This document shows positions 18,598-28,384 of a stretch of 43,166 nucleotides of DNA, one piece after another; the stretch's first letter is position 1, and each line of letters opens with the position of its first letter. The notes beneath the pieces are model-generated. The model ran no database searches. It worked only from the letters and a program-made list of their open reading frames with translations, and was not told the origin of the DNA. The translations under genes and the position numbers were made by a program. The DNA lies in assembly GCA_016795345.1 (NCBI GenBank), contig JAEUHO010000223.1:1-43166 (forward strand), written 5' to 3'. This stretch comes from Planctomycetia bacterium (GTDB taxonomy: Bacteria; Planctomycetota; PLA2; JAEUHO01).

Positions 18598-21264
18598 ATG
18601 AACGAGCACGGCGAGCACGTGGGCTGCGGTCGGTGTGCGGCGGGCGCGGGCGCGGGTGCGCGCGAGCCCTTCGCGTTCCCGGGGACGTCCCGGAAGTACG
18701 CGCGCGACCGCGTCGTGGACGTGCGTCACGTGCGGCTCGACGTTGCCGTGGACCCCGCGCAGCGGAAGATCGCCGGCACGGCCCGCCACACCGTCGCGGC
18801 CATCGCCGACGGCACCGAGCGGCTCGTCCTCGACGCGGCGGAGCTGACGGTCACCGGCGTCACCGACGGCGACGGCAAGGCCCTCGCGTTCGAGCACGTG
18901 GACGGCGCCCTGACGATCCGCCTCGCCCGCCGGCTGTCCGCCGGGCAGGAGACCGACGTCGTCGTCGCGTACCACGGGGCCCCGCGCCGCGGGCTCTACT
19001 TCATCGCCCCCGACGAGGCGTACCCGGACAAGCCGGTGCAGGCGTGGACGCAGGGCCAGGACGAGGACGCGCGGTTCTGGTTCCCGTGCTTCGACTACCC
19101 GAACGAGAAGGCGTCCGTCGAGGTCGTCGTCACGTCGCCGTCGAAGTACACGACGTTGTCCAACGGCGCGCTGGTGGCGAAGACGCCGGGCCCGCGCGGG
19201 ACCACGACGTGGCACTGGCGGCTGGCCATCCCGCAGGTCTCGTACCTCGTGACGCTCGTCGTCGGCGAGTTCGACGAGGTGCCCCTCGGCGGCGACGCGA
19301 AGGTCCCGCTCTACGCCCTCGTCCCCGTCGGCCAGGGGAAGGACGCCGCGCGCTGCCTCGGGCGCACGGCCGAGATGATGAAGGTGTTCTCCGAGCGGTT
19401 CGGCGTCGCGTACCCGTACGAGAAGTACGCCCAGGCCGTCGTCGCCGACTTCATCTTCGGCGGCATGGAGAACACGACCGCCACGACGCTGACGGAGTAC
19501 GCGCTGTACGACGAGCGGGCGGCCCTCGACTACGACGCCGACGACCTGATCGCGCACGAGCTGGCCCACCAGTGGTGGGGCGACCTCCTGACCTGCCGCG
19601 ACTGGAGCCACGGCTGGCTCAACGAGGGCTTCGCGACGTGGTGCGAGACGGTGTTCCGCGAGCACCACCTCGGCGCCGACGAGGCGACCTGGCACGCGCT
19701 CGACGCGTGGAAGGCCTACCTGTCGGAGGACGGCGGCGAGTACCGCCGGCCCATCGTGTGCAAGGACTACGAGGAGCCGATCGACGTGTTCGACCGGCAC
19801 CTCTACCAGAAGGGCTCGTGGGTCCTGCGCTTCCTGCGCGCGGAGCTCGGCGAGGACGGCTTCTGGGCGTCCATCCGCCACTACGCCCGCTCCAACCAGG
19901 GCAAACACGTCGTCACGGACGACCTCCGCCGCGCGGTCGAGGAGACGACGGGCCGCAACATCGAGGGCTTCCTCGACCAGTGGGTCCACGGCGCCGGGCA
20001 CCCGGAGCTGAAGGCCTCGTGGTCGTGGGACGAGGCCTACCGCGTCGTGACGGTGCGCGTGGAGCAGACGCAGAAGGAGGACGCCTCGACCGCCGGCGCC
20101 TTCAAGGGCACGCTCGTCGTCGAGCTGGCCGCCGGCGACCGCGTGGAGCGGCGCCGCCTCGCGGTGACCGAGCGCGTGCACGCGTTCCACCTGCCGTGGG
20201 ACGCGCGCCCCGACGTGGTGCGGTTCGACCCCGACGCCGTGTGGCCCGCCGCGTGGACCCTCGACGTCGGCCTCGACGCGCACCGCAAGGCCCTCGCCTC
20301 CGACCCGACCATCGCGTGCCGCGCCCGCGCGGCCGCGGCGCTCGCCAAGGACGGCAGCCTCGAGACGGTCGCGGCGCTCGCGCGCGCCGTGCGCGGCGAC
20401 AAGTTCTGGGGCGTCGCCGCCGAGGCCGCCGCGGCGCTGGGCGAGATCCGCACCCCGTCGGCGCGCGAGGCCCTGCTCGCGGCGCTGCCGGAGGTGAAGC
20501 ACCCGAAGGCCCGGCGCGCGGTGGTCCGCGCGCTCGGCGCCTTCCGCGGCGACGAGGCCGCCGCCGACGCGCTCAAGGCCGTGCTCGCGAAGGGCGACGC
20601 CTCGCTCTTCGTCGAGGCCGAGGCCGCGGAGGCCCTCGGCCGCACGCGGGTCCCGTCCGCGCGCGCCGCGCTGGAGAAGGCGCTCGCGACGAAGGGCTCG
20701 TGGGCCGAGTCGATCCGCGCGGGCTGCGTGCGGGGCCTCGGCAACCTCGGGAGCCCCGACGTCCTCCCGGCGCTGTTCGAGCGGTTCGCGTGGGGGCAAC
20801 ACGCCCGCGTGCGCACCGCGGCGGCGATCGGGCTCGCGCAGGTGGGCGCGCGGATGGTCCAGCACGACGACGTCCGCGAGCGGCTCGAGGCGGGCATCGA
20901 CGACCGGGACTTCCGCGTCCAGATGGCCGCGATCGCGGCCCTGCGGCTGCTCGGCGACGAGCGCTCGGCGCCGGCGCTCGCGCGCGGCGCGGAGCAGGCG
21001 ACGGACGGCCGCGTGAAGCGCGCGTGCCGGGCCGCGATGCTGCGGATCGGCAAGCGGGCGGAGCGCACGACCGAGGTCGCGCGGCTCGCCGACGCCGTCG
21101 AGACGCTGCGGCGCGAGGTCGCGGGCCTGCACGACAAGCTGCGCAAGCTCGAGGGCGGGAAGCCCGCGGCGGCCCCGGCGAAGGCGAACGCGAAGGCGAA
21201 GGCGGCGCCCGCCGCGAAGCCGCGGCCCGCGCCCAAGGCGCCCGTGAGGAAGAAGCGCCGTTGA
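18598..21264 (+). CDS. M1-family aminopeptidase (PepN-like) with C-terminal HEAT-repeat region and a Lys/Ala/Pro-rich basic tail
   Basis: GGMENTT exopeptidase motif, and HELAHQWWGD...WLNEGFATW zinc site. The C-terminal part has repeated HEAT-like helices (ARAAAALA, ARRAVVRALG, VRTAAAIGL). The tail is KPAAAPAKANAKAKAAPAAKPRPAPKAPVRKKRR. Confidence 0.9.
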   Translation: MNEHGEHVGCGRCAAGAGAGAREPFAFPGTSRKYARDRVVDVRHVRLDVAVDPAQRKIAGTARHTVAAIADGTERLVLDAAELTVTGVTDGDGKALAFEHVDGALTIRLARRLSAGQETDVVVAYHGAPRRGLYFIAPDEAYPDKPVQAWTQGQDEDARFWFPCFDYPNEKASVEVVVTSPSKYTTLSNGALVAKTPGPRGTTTWHWRLAIPQVSYLVTLVVGEFDEVPLGGDAKVPLYALVPVGQGKDAARCLGRTAEMMKVFSERFGVAYPYEKYAQAVVADFIFGGMENTTATTLTEYALYDERAALDYDADDLIAHELAHQWWGDLLTCRDWSHGWLNEGFATWCETVFREHHLGADEATWHALDAWKAYLSEDGGEYRRPIVCKDYEEPIDVFDRHLYQKGSWVLRFLRAELGEDGFWASIRHYARSNQGKHVVTDDLRRAVEETTGRNIEGFLDQWVHGAGHPELKASWSWDEAYRVVTVRVEQTQKEDASTAGAFKGTLVVELAAGDRVERRRLAVTERVHAFHLPWDARPDVVRFDPDAVWPAAWTLDVGLDAHRKALASDPTIACRARAAAALAKDGSLETVAALARAVRGDKFWGVAAEAAAALGEIRTPSAREALLAALPEVKHPKARRAVVRALGAFRGDEAAADALKAVLAKGDASLFVEAEAAEALGRTRVPSARAALEKALATKGSWAESIRAGCVRGLGNLGSPDVLPALFERFAWGQHARVRTAAAIGLAQVGARMVQHDDVRERLEAGIDDRDFRVQMAAIAALRLLGDERSAPALARGAEQATDGRVKRACRAAMLRIGKRAERTTEVARLADAVETLRREVAGLHDKLRKLEGGKPAAAPAKANAKAKAAPAAKPRPAPKAPVRKKRR

Positions 21265-21268
21265 TCCC

Positions 21269-22183
21269 GTGAGCGCCGCCGCGCCCCCGCCGCCGCCGAC
21301 CGACCGCCGGGCCGTCCGGGCGGCGACGGCGAGCGTGCTGACCGCGTCGGCGCTCGGCGGGATCAAGCTCGTCGCGGCGATCCTCACGGGCTCGCTGGCC
21401 CTCGCGGCGTCGTTCGTCGACTCGCTGATGGACGTGTTCGCGTCGTCGGTGAACCTGCTCGCGGTCCGCATCGGCGGCATCCCCGCCGACGACGACCACC
21501 GCTTCGGCCACGGCAAGGCCGAGAGCCTGGCCGGGATGTTCCAGGGCGCCGTCGTCGGGTTCTCGGGCGTGTACCTCGTGGTCGAGAGCGTGCGGCGGCT
21601 CTACGAGGGGGGGCGGCCCGAGCACGAGCTGGTGGGCCTCGCGACCATGGCGGTCTCGACCGTGGCGAGCCTCTGGATCACGTGGCTGCTCAAGCGCACG
21701 GCCAAGGCCACCGGCTCCGTCGCGCTCGCGGCCGACAGCCTCCACTACGCGTCGGACGTGTGGATGAACGGCGGCGTGTTCTTCGCCGTCGGCGCGGTCT
21801 CGCTGACCGGGCAGGCCTGGATCGACCCGGCCACCGGCCTGTTCGTCGCCTTCCTCGTGCTCCGGAGCTCGTGGGGCGTGCTGCGCGCGTCCGTCGACGA
21901 GCTCATGGACCGCGACCTCGGGCCCGACACCGCGGCGCAGGTCGAGGCGGCGGTGCGCCGCGACGTGCCGGAGGTGCGCGCCGTCACCGAGCTGCGCACG
22001 CGCCGGGCGGGCCGCCGCCGGTTCGTCGAGCTCACCGTCGCGTTCGACCGCGCGTTGTCGTTCGCGGCGGCCCACCGGCTCTCCGAGCGCGCCCGCGCCG
22101 CGGTGAAGGCGGCGGTGCCCGATGCCGAGGTCTCGGTCCACGCCGACCCGCACCCGACGCTGCCCGACGACCATCCGGCGTGA
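21269..22183 (+). CDS. Cation diffusion facilitator (CDF) family metal efflux transporter
   Basis: SLALAASFVDSLMDV, HRFGHGKAE and LHYASDVWMN, plus a C-terminal cytoplasmic domain (VRAVTELRTRRAGRRRFVEL). GTG start. Confidence 0.9.
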   Translation: MSAAAPPPPPTDRRAVRAATASVLTASALGGIKLVAAILTGSLALAASFVDSLMDVFASSVNLLAVRIGGIPADDDHRFGHGKAESLAGMFQGAVVGFSGVYLVVESVRRLYEGGRPEHELVGLATMAVSTVASLWITWLLKRTAKATGSVALAADSLHYASDVWMNGGVFFAVGAVSLTGQAWIDPATGLFVAFLVLRSSWGVLRASVDELMDRDLGPDTAAQVEAAVRRDVPEVRAVTELRTRRAGRRRFVELTVAFDRALSFAAAHRLSERARAAVKAAVPDAEVSVHADPHPTLPDDHPA

Positions 22184-22210
22184 CCGGGCCCGTCGGCGCG
22201 TCCCGGCCGG

Positions 22211-22984
22211 TCAGCGCAGCCCGGTCAACGAGCGCCCGCCGTCGACGAGGTGGTGGACGCCCGTGACCCACCGCGACTTGTCCGACGCGAGGAACAGCAC
22301 CGCGTCCACCACGTCCGACGTCGCCCCGACGAACCCCAGCGGGTGCGTCTGCTTGCTCCGCTCGAGGAACGCGTCGTAGTCCGGCACCGCGTTCCCCGCC
22401 TTGTGCAGGTTCGTCACGACGACGCCCGGGTTGACCGAGTTGACGCGCACGCCGAACGGCGCCCACTCGAGCGCCAGGCACTCCGTGAGCTTGTCGAGCG
22501 CCGCCTTCGCGGCCACGTACGGCGCGAGGTTCGCGTAGGGCCGCACGCCCGCGACGCTGCCGATGTTCACGACGTTGGCGCCCGGCCGCCCCTTGAGGTG
22601 GGGGATCGCCGCGCGGCAGAAGAAGAACGGCCCCTTCACGTCGGTGTCGAAGATCCGGTCCCACGCCTCGGTCGTCGTCGTCTCGAGCGGCCCCGAGCCG
22701 ATCACGCCGGCGTTGTTCACCAGCACGTTCAGGCCGCCGAGCTCCTCGACGGTGCGCCGCACGGCCTCGGCCGCGTGCGCCTCGTGCCGCTGGTCGCCCG
22801 CGATCGTGATCACCCTGCCGCCGAGCGCGCGCACGTCGGCCGCCGTCTCGTCGAGCAGCGCCGCGCGCCGGCCCGTGATCGCCACCGCCGCGCCGGCGCG
22901 CGCGAACGCGACCGCCAGCTCCCGGCCGATGCCCGACGTCGCACCCGTGACCAACGCGACCCTGCCGGCGAACGAGACCTGCAT
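22211..22984 (-). CDS. Short-chain dehydrogenase/reductase
   Basis: TGATSGIGRE, NNAG and YVAAKAAL motifs; 257 aa. Confidence 0.9.
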   Translation of the reverse strand: MQVSFAGRVALVTGATSGIGRELAVAFARAGAAVAITGRRAALLDETAADVRALGGRVITIAGDQRHEAHAAEAVRRTVEELGGLNVLVNNAGVIGSGPLETTTTEAWDRIFDTDVKGPFFFCRAAIPHLKGRPGANVVNIGSVAGVRPYANLAPYVAAKAALDKLTECLALEWAPFGVRVNSVNPGVVVTNLHKAGNAVPDYDAFLERSKQTHPLGFVGATSDVVDAVLFLASDKSRWVTGVHHLVDGGRSLTGLR

Positions 22985-23032
22985 GGGGGACCTCCGGCCC
23001 CGATTCTCGCCCCGCCGCCGCCCCGCGACGAC

Positions 23033-23845
23033 CTACGCCGCGGGTGGCCGCAGGCCGAGCGCGCGGTCGAGCCGCCGCAGGTCGTCGGGGAGCGGCGCCT
23101 CGATCACGACGGGCGCCCCGCCGACGGGGTGCGGGACCACCAGCCGCCGGGCGTGCAGCGCCGGGCGGTCGATCCGGGCCGACCCGAGGCCCGCCGGCCC
23201 GCCGTACTTGGCGTCCCCGAGCAGCGGGAACCCCGCGGCGGCGCACTGGGCGCGGATCTGGTGCGTCGCGCCCGTGTGCAGCGCGATCCGCAGCCGCGCG
23301 GCCTCGGGCGTCCGCGCCTCGACCTCGAAGTCGAGCCGGGCCTCGCGTCCCCCGTCGTCGGGCCCGTCGCCGTCGCCGTCCGCGTCGTTCCCGCCGCCCC
23401 CGTCGCGCGCGCCGACGATCCGCGAGACGCGCCGCGCGTCGTCGCGCACGAGCGTCCCGCGCAGCGCGCCCGCGTCGGCCGCCGGGCCTCGCGTCACCCA
23501 CGCGAGGTACGTCTTCTCGACCCCGCTCCGGCCGCGGAACGCCTCCGACAGCCTCGACGCGGCCTTGCTCGACTTCGCGACCACGAGCGCGCCCGACACG
23601 TTGCGGTCGAGCCGGTGCACGACGCCCACGAACGCGCGGCCCGGCTTGCCCTCGACGTCGCGGCGGTAGTCGCCGAGCAACTCGACCAGCGAGAGGACGC
23701 CCTCGGGGCCCGGCTGCGAGAGGACGCCCGGGGCCTTCGCGACCCCGAGCAGCAGGTGGTCCTCGACGACGACCACGACGCCGGCCGCGGCGAGGCGTCG
23801 GCGCGCGGCGGCGAGGGCCGCCGGGTCGACGGTCGGCGCGGTCAC
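23033..23845 (-). CDS. RluA-family pseudouridine synthase (without the N-terminal S4 domain) carrying an acidic/Gly-rich insertion
   Basis: HRLDRNVSGALVVAK catalytic-Asp motif, KTYLAWV and HQIRAQ. A GTG start at 23845 overlaps the stop of the upstream gene. The upstream extension of the track ORF lies in the next gene's region. Confidence 0.85.
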   Translation of the reverse strand: MTAPTVDPAALAAARRRLAAAGVVVVVEDHLLLGVAKAPGVLSQPGPEGVLSLVELLGDYRRDVEGKPGRAFVGVVHRLDRNVSGALVVAKSSKAASRLSEAFRGRSGVEKTYLAWVTRGPAADAGALRGTLVRDDARRVSRIVGARDGGGGNDADGDGDGPDDGGREARLDFEVEARTPEAARLRIALHTGATHQIRAQCAAAGFPLLGDAKYGGPAGLGSARIDRPALHARRLVVPHPVGGAPVVIEAPLPDDLRRLDRALGLRPPAA

Positions 23846-24141
23846 GGGACGACGCGCTCGATCCAGTCCGCGAGGTCGGTGTCGCGGGCGGTGACCCCGC
23901 CCGCCTCGGCGGTCGTCAGCGCGAGCCGCACCGTGCCGTGCCGCACGTCGATCTCGGGATGGTGGCGCGACGCCTCGGCCAGGAGGGCGACGCGGCCCAC
24001 GAAGGCGATGGCGAGCGCGAAGCTCCCGCACTCGACGACCCGCTCCAGGTGCCGCTGGTCGGGGGTGAGGCGCCAGTTGACCAGGCGGTCGAGGGCCTCG
24101 GTCGCTTCGTCGGACGACAGGATCCGCGACGTCGTGCGCAT
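23842..24141 (-). CDS. Pterin-4-alpha-carbinolamine dehydratase (PCD/DCoH family)
   Basis: The pattern W....D...L.R...F..F..A..F...VA.LAE...HHPEI.....V.L.L.T, about 99 aa. ATG at 24141 with GGAG 4 nt upstream. Confidence 0.8.
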   Translation of the reverse strand: MRTTSRILSSDEATEALDRLVNWRLTPDQRHLERVVECGSFALAIAFVGRVALLAEASRHHPEIDVRHGTVRLALTTAEAGGVTARDTDLADWIERVVP

Positions 24142-24164
24142 GTGCTCCAAGGTACCCTTCGGGG

Positions 24165-24602
24165 GTGTCGGCCCGCGTCCCCACGACCCTCGAGATCCTA
24201 CCGCGCCTCCGGATCCCGGGGAGCGAGATCGTCCTCACCTACGCCGCGTCGAGCGGCCCGGGCGGCCAGAACGTCAACAAGGTCGCGAGCAAGGCGGTCC
24301 TCCGGTGGAGCGCGCGGGACTCCGTCGCGCTCCGGCCGGACGACCGCGCGCTGATCCTCGGCCGCCTCGCCTCCCGGCTCACGACGGAGGGCGAGCTGGT
24401 CCTCGCGTGCGACCGCCACCGCGACCAGGGGCAGAACGTCGAGGAGGTCCTCGAGCGGCTGAAGGACGTGCTGCGGGCGGCGCTGCACCGCGAGGCGCCG
24501 CGGAAGAAGACCCGCCCGACGCGGGGCTCGAAGGAACGCCGGATCGCCGGCAAGCGGCGGCGGTCGGACGTCAAGCGCGGCCGGCGCGACGCCGGGGAGT
24601 GA
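24165..24602 (+). CDS. arfB: Alternative ribosome-rescue factor ArfB (peptidyl-tRNA hydrolase, GGQ domain + basic tail)
   Basis: SSGPGGQNVNKVASKAVLRW, and a basic C-terminal tail (RKKTRPTRGSKERRIAGKRRRSDVKRGRR). Confidence 0.9.
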   Translation: MSARVPTTLEILPRLRIPGSEIVLTYAASSGPGGQNVNKVASKAVLRWSARDSVALRPDDRALILGRLASRLTTEGELVLACDRHRDQGQNVEEVLERLKDVLRAALHREAPRKKTRPTRGSKERRIAGKRRRSDVKRGRRDAGE

Positions 24603-24713
24603 CGCCGGGGAGCGATGTCGGGGCGGGGGCCTCGGCGCCTCGCCGCCGCGCACCCCCCGCAGCCCGACGGCCGGGCGCGTAAGATCGCGCGACGCTCCCC
24701 CGGAAGCCCCCCG

Positions 24714-27239
24714 ATGCGCCGTGCTCCGCTGCTCGCCCTGGCCGCCGCCCTGACCCTCCTCGCCGTCGCCGGCCGCCCGGTCGCCGGGGACGACGTCCCC
24801 AGGATCCGGTCGGTCACGCCGGGGTCGGCGTTCCGCGGCGGGACCGTGGACATCGTGATCGAGGGGCAGAACCTCCACCCGTACGACGAGCTCAAGTGCA
24901 GCCGCAGCGACGTCTCCGTGTCGCTCCAGCCGGGGCCGACGCCGTCGAAACTGGTGCTGCGCCTGGTGATCCCCGACACGACCCCGGCCGGGCCGCTCAC
25001 CCTCACGATCCGCACGAAGTCCGGCGTCGTGAAGACCGAGAAGTTCGCGGTGAAGTTGCGGGCGCCCGCCGTGACGAAGGTGACCCCCGCGCAGCTCGTG
25101 CGCGGGGCCGAGTACGACCTCCGCCTCGAGGGCACCTACCTCGCGTTCCCGGGCGAGGAGCCGCGGGTGACCGCCGAGGCCCCGATGGTCGCGAAGCTCA
25201 CGGGCCGGCCGTCGGAGCGGGCCATGAGCGTGCGGCTCACCGTCCCCGCCGAGACGCCCGTGGGCTCGCGCGCCGTGACGATCGAGACGTCGGACGGCAA
25301 GTTCACGCTGAACGTGACGGTCCTGTACGCCGTCCCGGCGGTGACCGCGCTGACGCCCGCCGCGACGCCCCGCGGCGCGACGACCGAGGTCGTCGTCGCC
25401 GGGAAACACCTCTCCGGGGCCAAGGACGTCCGGCTCGCGGTCGACGACCCGGGCGTCGTCGTCGCCGCGGCGGGCGCGCCCACCGCCGCCGCCGTGCCCC
25501 TCAAGATCGAGGTGAAGCCCGACGCCGCGCCGGGCCCGCGGGTCCTCGTGGTCCGCACGCCGGACGGCTGGGTGACGCGCCCGTTCGAGGTCACGACGCC
25601 CGCGCCCGCCCTGACGGCGCTGAAGCCCGCGGGCGTGGCCCGCGGCGCCGCGACGAACGTCGCGCCCACGGTCGAGCGGGCGCCGGGCGACTACCAGCTC
25701 CGCGTCCTCCCGGCCGACCCGGCGATCACCGTCGAGCGCCAGCCGTCGGGGGCGTGGTCCGTCGCCGCCGCCGCCTCCGCGGCGCCCGGGCCGCGCACCG
25801 TCGTCCTCGACCACGTGTTCGGCGCGGCGGTGGGCACGTTCACCGTGTCGCTGCGCTCGCCCACCGTCGTCGGGTTCACGCCGAGCGAGCTCGCGCCGGG
25901 CGCGGAGGCCGACGTCGCGTTCGAGGGCCAGTGGCTCGACGGCGCCGAGATCGGCCTCGCGTCCGACGACCCGTCCGTCGCGGTGACCCCGAAGGCGCCG
26001 GGCGTGGTGCACGTGAAGGTGTCCGCCGACGCGAGGCCCGGTCCGCGGCCGATCGTCGTCCGCACGGCCGACGGCGCCGCCGTCGTCGCGTTCGGGATCA
26101 AGGGCGCCGGCGCGTCGGGGCCCTCGGTGACGTCGGTGCTGCCGGGGCGCGTGCCCCGCGGCGCGCCGACCGAGGTCGTGCTCGCCGGCGTGAACCTGCG
26201 CTCCGCCGGCGACCAGGCGCCGACGGTGACCGCGACCCTCGGCGGCGTCGCGATCCCCGCGTCGGTGGTGGCGTCGAACGCGGCGTCCGTGAAGGTCCGC
26301 CTCGAGGCGCCGGCCGACGCGCCCGCGGGCGGGTGTGTGATCGTGGTGCGCACGTCCGACGGCGCCGCCGCGGGCGTCACGACCGTCGCGCCGGCCATCC
26401 CGACCATCGCCGGCGCCACCGCGACGCCCTCGTCGCGCCCCGGCGACCTCGTCGTCGTCGTGACCGGCACGGACCTCGTCGGGCCCGGCGGGGCCGCCCC
26501 GACGGTCGTCCTCGCGAAGGCCGACGGCAGCGACCCCTGGCCCGCGGTGGTGTCCGCGGCGGCCCCGACGAAGCTGACCGTCGCGGTCCCGGTGACGGCG
26601 GCCGCCGTGCCGGGGCCCCGCGTCCTCGTCGTCACGACGAGCGAGGGCGGCGCCGCGGTGCCCGTCGCCGTGCCCGCCGCCGTCCCGGAGATCACGGCGC
26701 TCGACCCGGTCACCGTCGGCATCCCCGCGAACCTCGTGGTGACCGTCACGGGCCGCAACCTCCTCGGCCCGGCGGGCGCGAAGCCCGTCGTCGTCGTGAC
26801 CCGCCTCGGCGCGCCCGCGACGATCCGCAGCGACCTGCTCGAGGCCACCGCCACCTCGCTCAAGGTGCGGGTGATCACCCCCCCGGGCACGCCCGCGGGC
26901 ACCCACGTCCTCACCGCGAAGACCGCCGACGGCACCGCCGCGGGCCTGTTCGAGATCGTGAACGCCCCGATGCCGACGATCACCGGCCTCGCCCCGGCCG
27001 CCGGCCCCCGGCTCGCGACGGTGACCGTCGCCCTCGAGGGCACCGGCCTCCTCGGGTTGTCGGGCGTCGCGTTCTCCGGCGAGGGCGTGACCGCCGCGAT
27101 CCAGCCCGGGGCCACCGACACGAAGGTGATGCTGCGCGTGACCGTCGCGAAGGACGCGGCCCCCGGCGCGCGGACCGTCACCGTGACGGCGCCGGGCGGG
27201 ACCGCCACGGGCGGCAAGCTCGTCTTCGTCGTGGAGTGA
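24714..27239 (+). CDS. Secreted/surface protein built from about 9-10 tandem Ig-like (IPT/TIG-type) domains
   Basis: Signal peptide MRRAPLLALAAALTLLAVAGRPVAG. Modules of about 85 aa recur, each beginning P.(I/V)T.(L/V).P...(P)RG and containing AAPGPR.(L/V)VV(R)T(P/S)DG. Confidence 0.7.
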   Translation: MRRAPLLALAAALTLLAVAGRPVAGDDVPRIRSVTPGSAFRGGTVDIVIEGQNLHPYDELKCSRSDVSVSLQPGPTPSKLVLRLVIPDTTPAGPLTLTIRTKSGVVKTEKFAVKLRAPAVTKVTPAQLVRGAEYDLRLEGTYLAFPGEEPRVTAEAPMVAKLTGRPSERAMSVRLTVPAETPVGSRAVTIETSDGKFTLNVTVLYAVPAVTALTPAATPRGATTEVVVAGKHLSGAKDVRLAVDDPGVVVAAAGAPTAAAVPLKIEVKPDAAPGPRVLVVRTPDGWVTRPFEVTTPAPALTALKPAGVARGAATNVAPTVERAPGDYQLRVLPADPAITVERQPSGAWSVAAAASAAPGPRTVVLDHVFGAAVGTFTVSLRSPTVVGFTPSELAPGAEADVAFEGQWLDGAEIGLASDDPSVAVTPKAPGVVHVKVSADARPGPRPIVVRTADGAAVVAFGIKGAGASGPSVTSVLPGRVPRGAPTEVVLAGVNLRSAGDQAPTVTATLGGVAIPASVVASNAASVKVRLEAPADAPAGGCVIVVRTSDGAAAGVTTVAPAIPTIAGATATPSSRPGDLVVVVTGTDLVGPGGAAPTVVLAKADGSDPWPAVVSAAAPTKLTVAVPVTAAAVPGPRVLVVTTSEGGAAVPVAVPAAVPEITALDPVTVGIPANLVVTVTGRNLLGPAGAKPVVVVTRLGAPATIRSDLLEATATSLKVRVITPPGTPAGTHVLTAKTADGTAAGLFEIVNAPMPTITGLAPAAGPRLATVTVALEGTGLLGLSGVAFSGEGVTAAIQPGATDTKVMLRVTVAKDAAPGARTVTVTAPGGTATGGKLVFVVE

Positions 27240-27309
27240 GCCGGATCCGCGCCGCTGTCCCGGTCCGGTGGAACGTGGGTACCATCCTCCGGGGTCCCCG
27301 GAGCCAGTC

Positions 27310-28236
27310 GTGACCGATCCTCGCCGTCCCGCGCGCGCCGCGTCCCGTCTCGGGGCCGCGACCCTCTTCGCCGTCCTGGCCGCCTGCGGCGGCGGCGGTG
27401 GGGGCGGCGGCGGCGGGACGACCGAGGCGCGCGACCTCGCGAGCGTCACCCCGGACGGCGCGTCGGCCGCCGTGAACTCCGGCGCCGGCGACTTCGCGGC
27501 GGACTACCTGCGGCGGACCAACTTCACCTCCCTGCTCGTCGAGGTGGACTACCCCGTCGGCCGGCCGCCGAGCCCGGGCGTGCTCCAGCTCCTCGAGGAC
27601 CGCCTCGCCGAGCGGTGCGACAAACCCGACGGCGTCCACATCCTGCTCGACGACGCCATCCCCCTCGTCGAGTTCCCGGCGTCGGTCAACGTCGTCGACC
27701 TCGACGACCTCGAGGCGGCGCACCGCGACAACTTCGCGGACCTCCCGACGCGCGAGGCCGTCCTCTACATCCTGTACGTGAAGGGGCAGAGCGACCTCGG
27801 CGGCGCCGGGACGCAGGTCCTCGGGCTCACCTACCACGGCAGCAGCGTGGCGCTGTTCGTCGACGCGGCGCAGAGCAGCGGCTTCGGCGTCACGACCGCG
27901 GAGGTCGAGGGCACGGGCCTCGTCCACGAGGCGGGGCACTGCCTCGGCCTGACGGGCTCCACCGTGCCGATGCTGGTGGACCACCGCGACGAGCTCCACG
28001 GCTACCACGACGTCGACGAGGCCTCGGTGATGTACTGGATCGTGTCGGTGCCGAACGTGGCGCCGAACCTCGGCGACCCCGACTTCGCCCAGTTCGACGC
28101 GAACTCCGTGGCCGACCTCGAGGCCTTCGGCGGGCTGGGCCCGCTCCCCGCGTTCGTGGGCACGCCGCGGGTCACGTCGCCGGACGACCTCTTCCCGGTG
28201 GCCACCTGCCGCACGTGCCGCCAGCACCGGCGCTGA
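27310..28236 (+). CDS. Lipoprotein, putative metzincin-like zinc metalloprotease
   Basis: The GTG start gives the lipobox VLAAC followed by a poly-Gly linker. VHEAGHCLGL matches HExxHxxG, with a possible Met-turn in SVMYW. The third His of the canonical metzincin motif is not present, so activity and family are uncertain. Confidence 0.55.
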   Translation: MTDPRRPARAASRLGAATLFAVLAACGGGGGGGGGGTTEARDLASVTPDGASAAVNSGAGDFAADYLRRTNFTSLLVEVDYPVGRPPSPGVLQLLEDRLAERCDKPDGVHILLDDAIPLVEFPASVNVVDLDDLEAAHRDNFADLPTREAVLYILYVKGQSDLGGAGTQVLGLTYHGSSVALFVDAAQSSGFGVTTAEVEGTGLVHEAGHCLGLTGSTVPMLVDHRDELHGYHDVDEASVMYWIVSVPNVAPNLGDPDFAQFDANSVADLEAFGGLGPLPAFVGTPRVTSPDDLFPVATCRTCRQHRR

Positions 28237-28335
28237 CCCCGTCCGGCGGGGGCGCACCCCGCCGCGACCCCCGGTGCGCCCGCAGGGGACCGGACTCCCG
28301 CGGGCGGGTACGCTCCGCGGTTCCCCGCCCCCGAC

Positions 28336-28347
28336 CGGGCCTCGCGT
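28336..28347 (-). repeat. Dispersed 12-mer (reverse copy CGGGCCTCGCGT), in the ettA leader; part of a local hairpin
   Basis: Exact match. CTCGCG-tcc-CGCGAG pairs locally. Confidence 0.8.
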
Positions 28348-28384
28348 CCCGCGAGCCCCTTCCCCCGGACCCCGAAGCGTCGCC

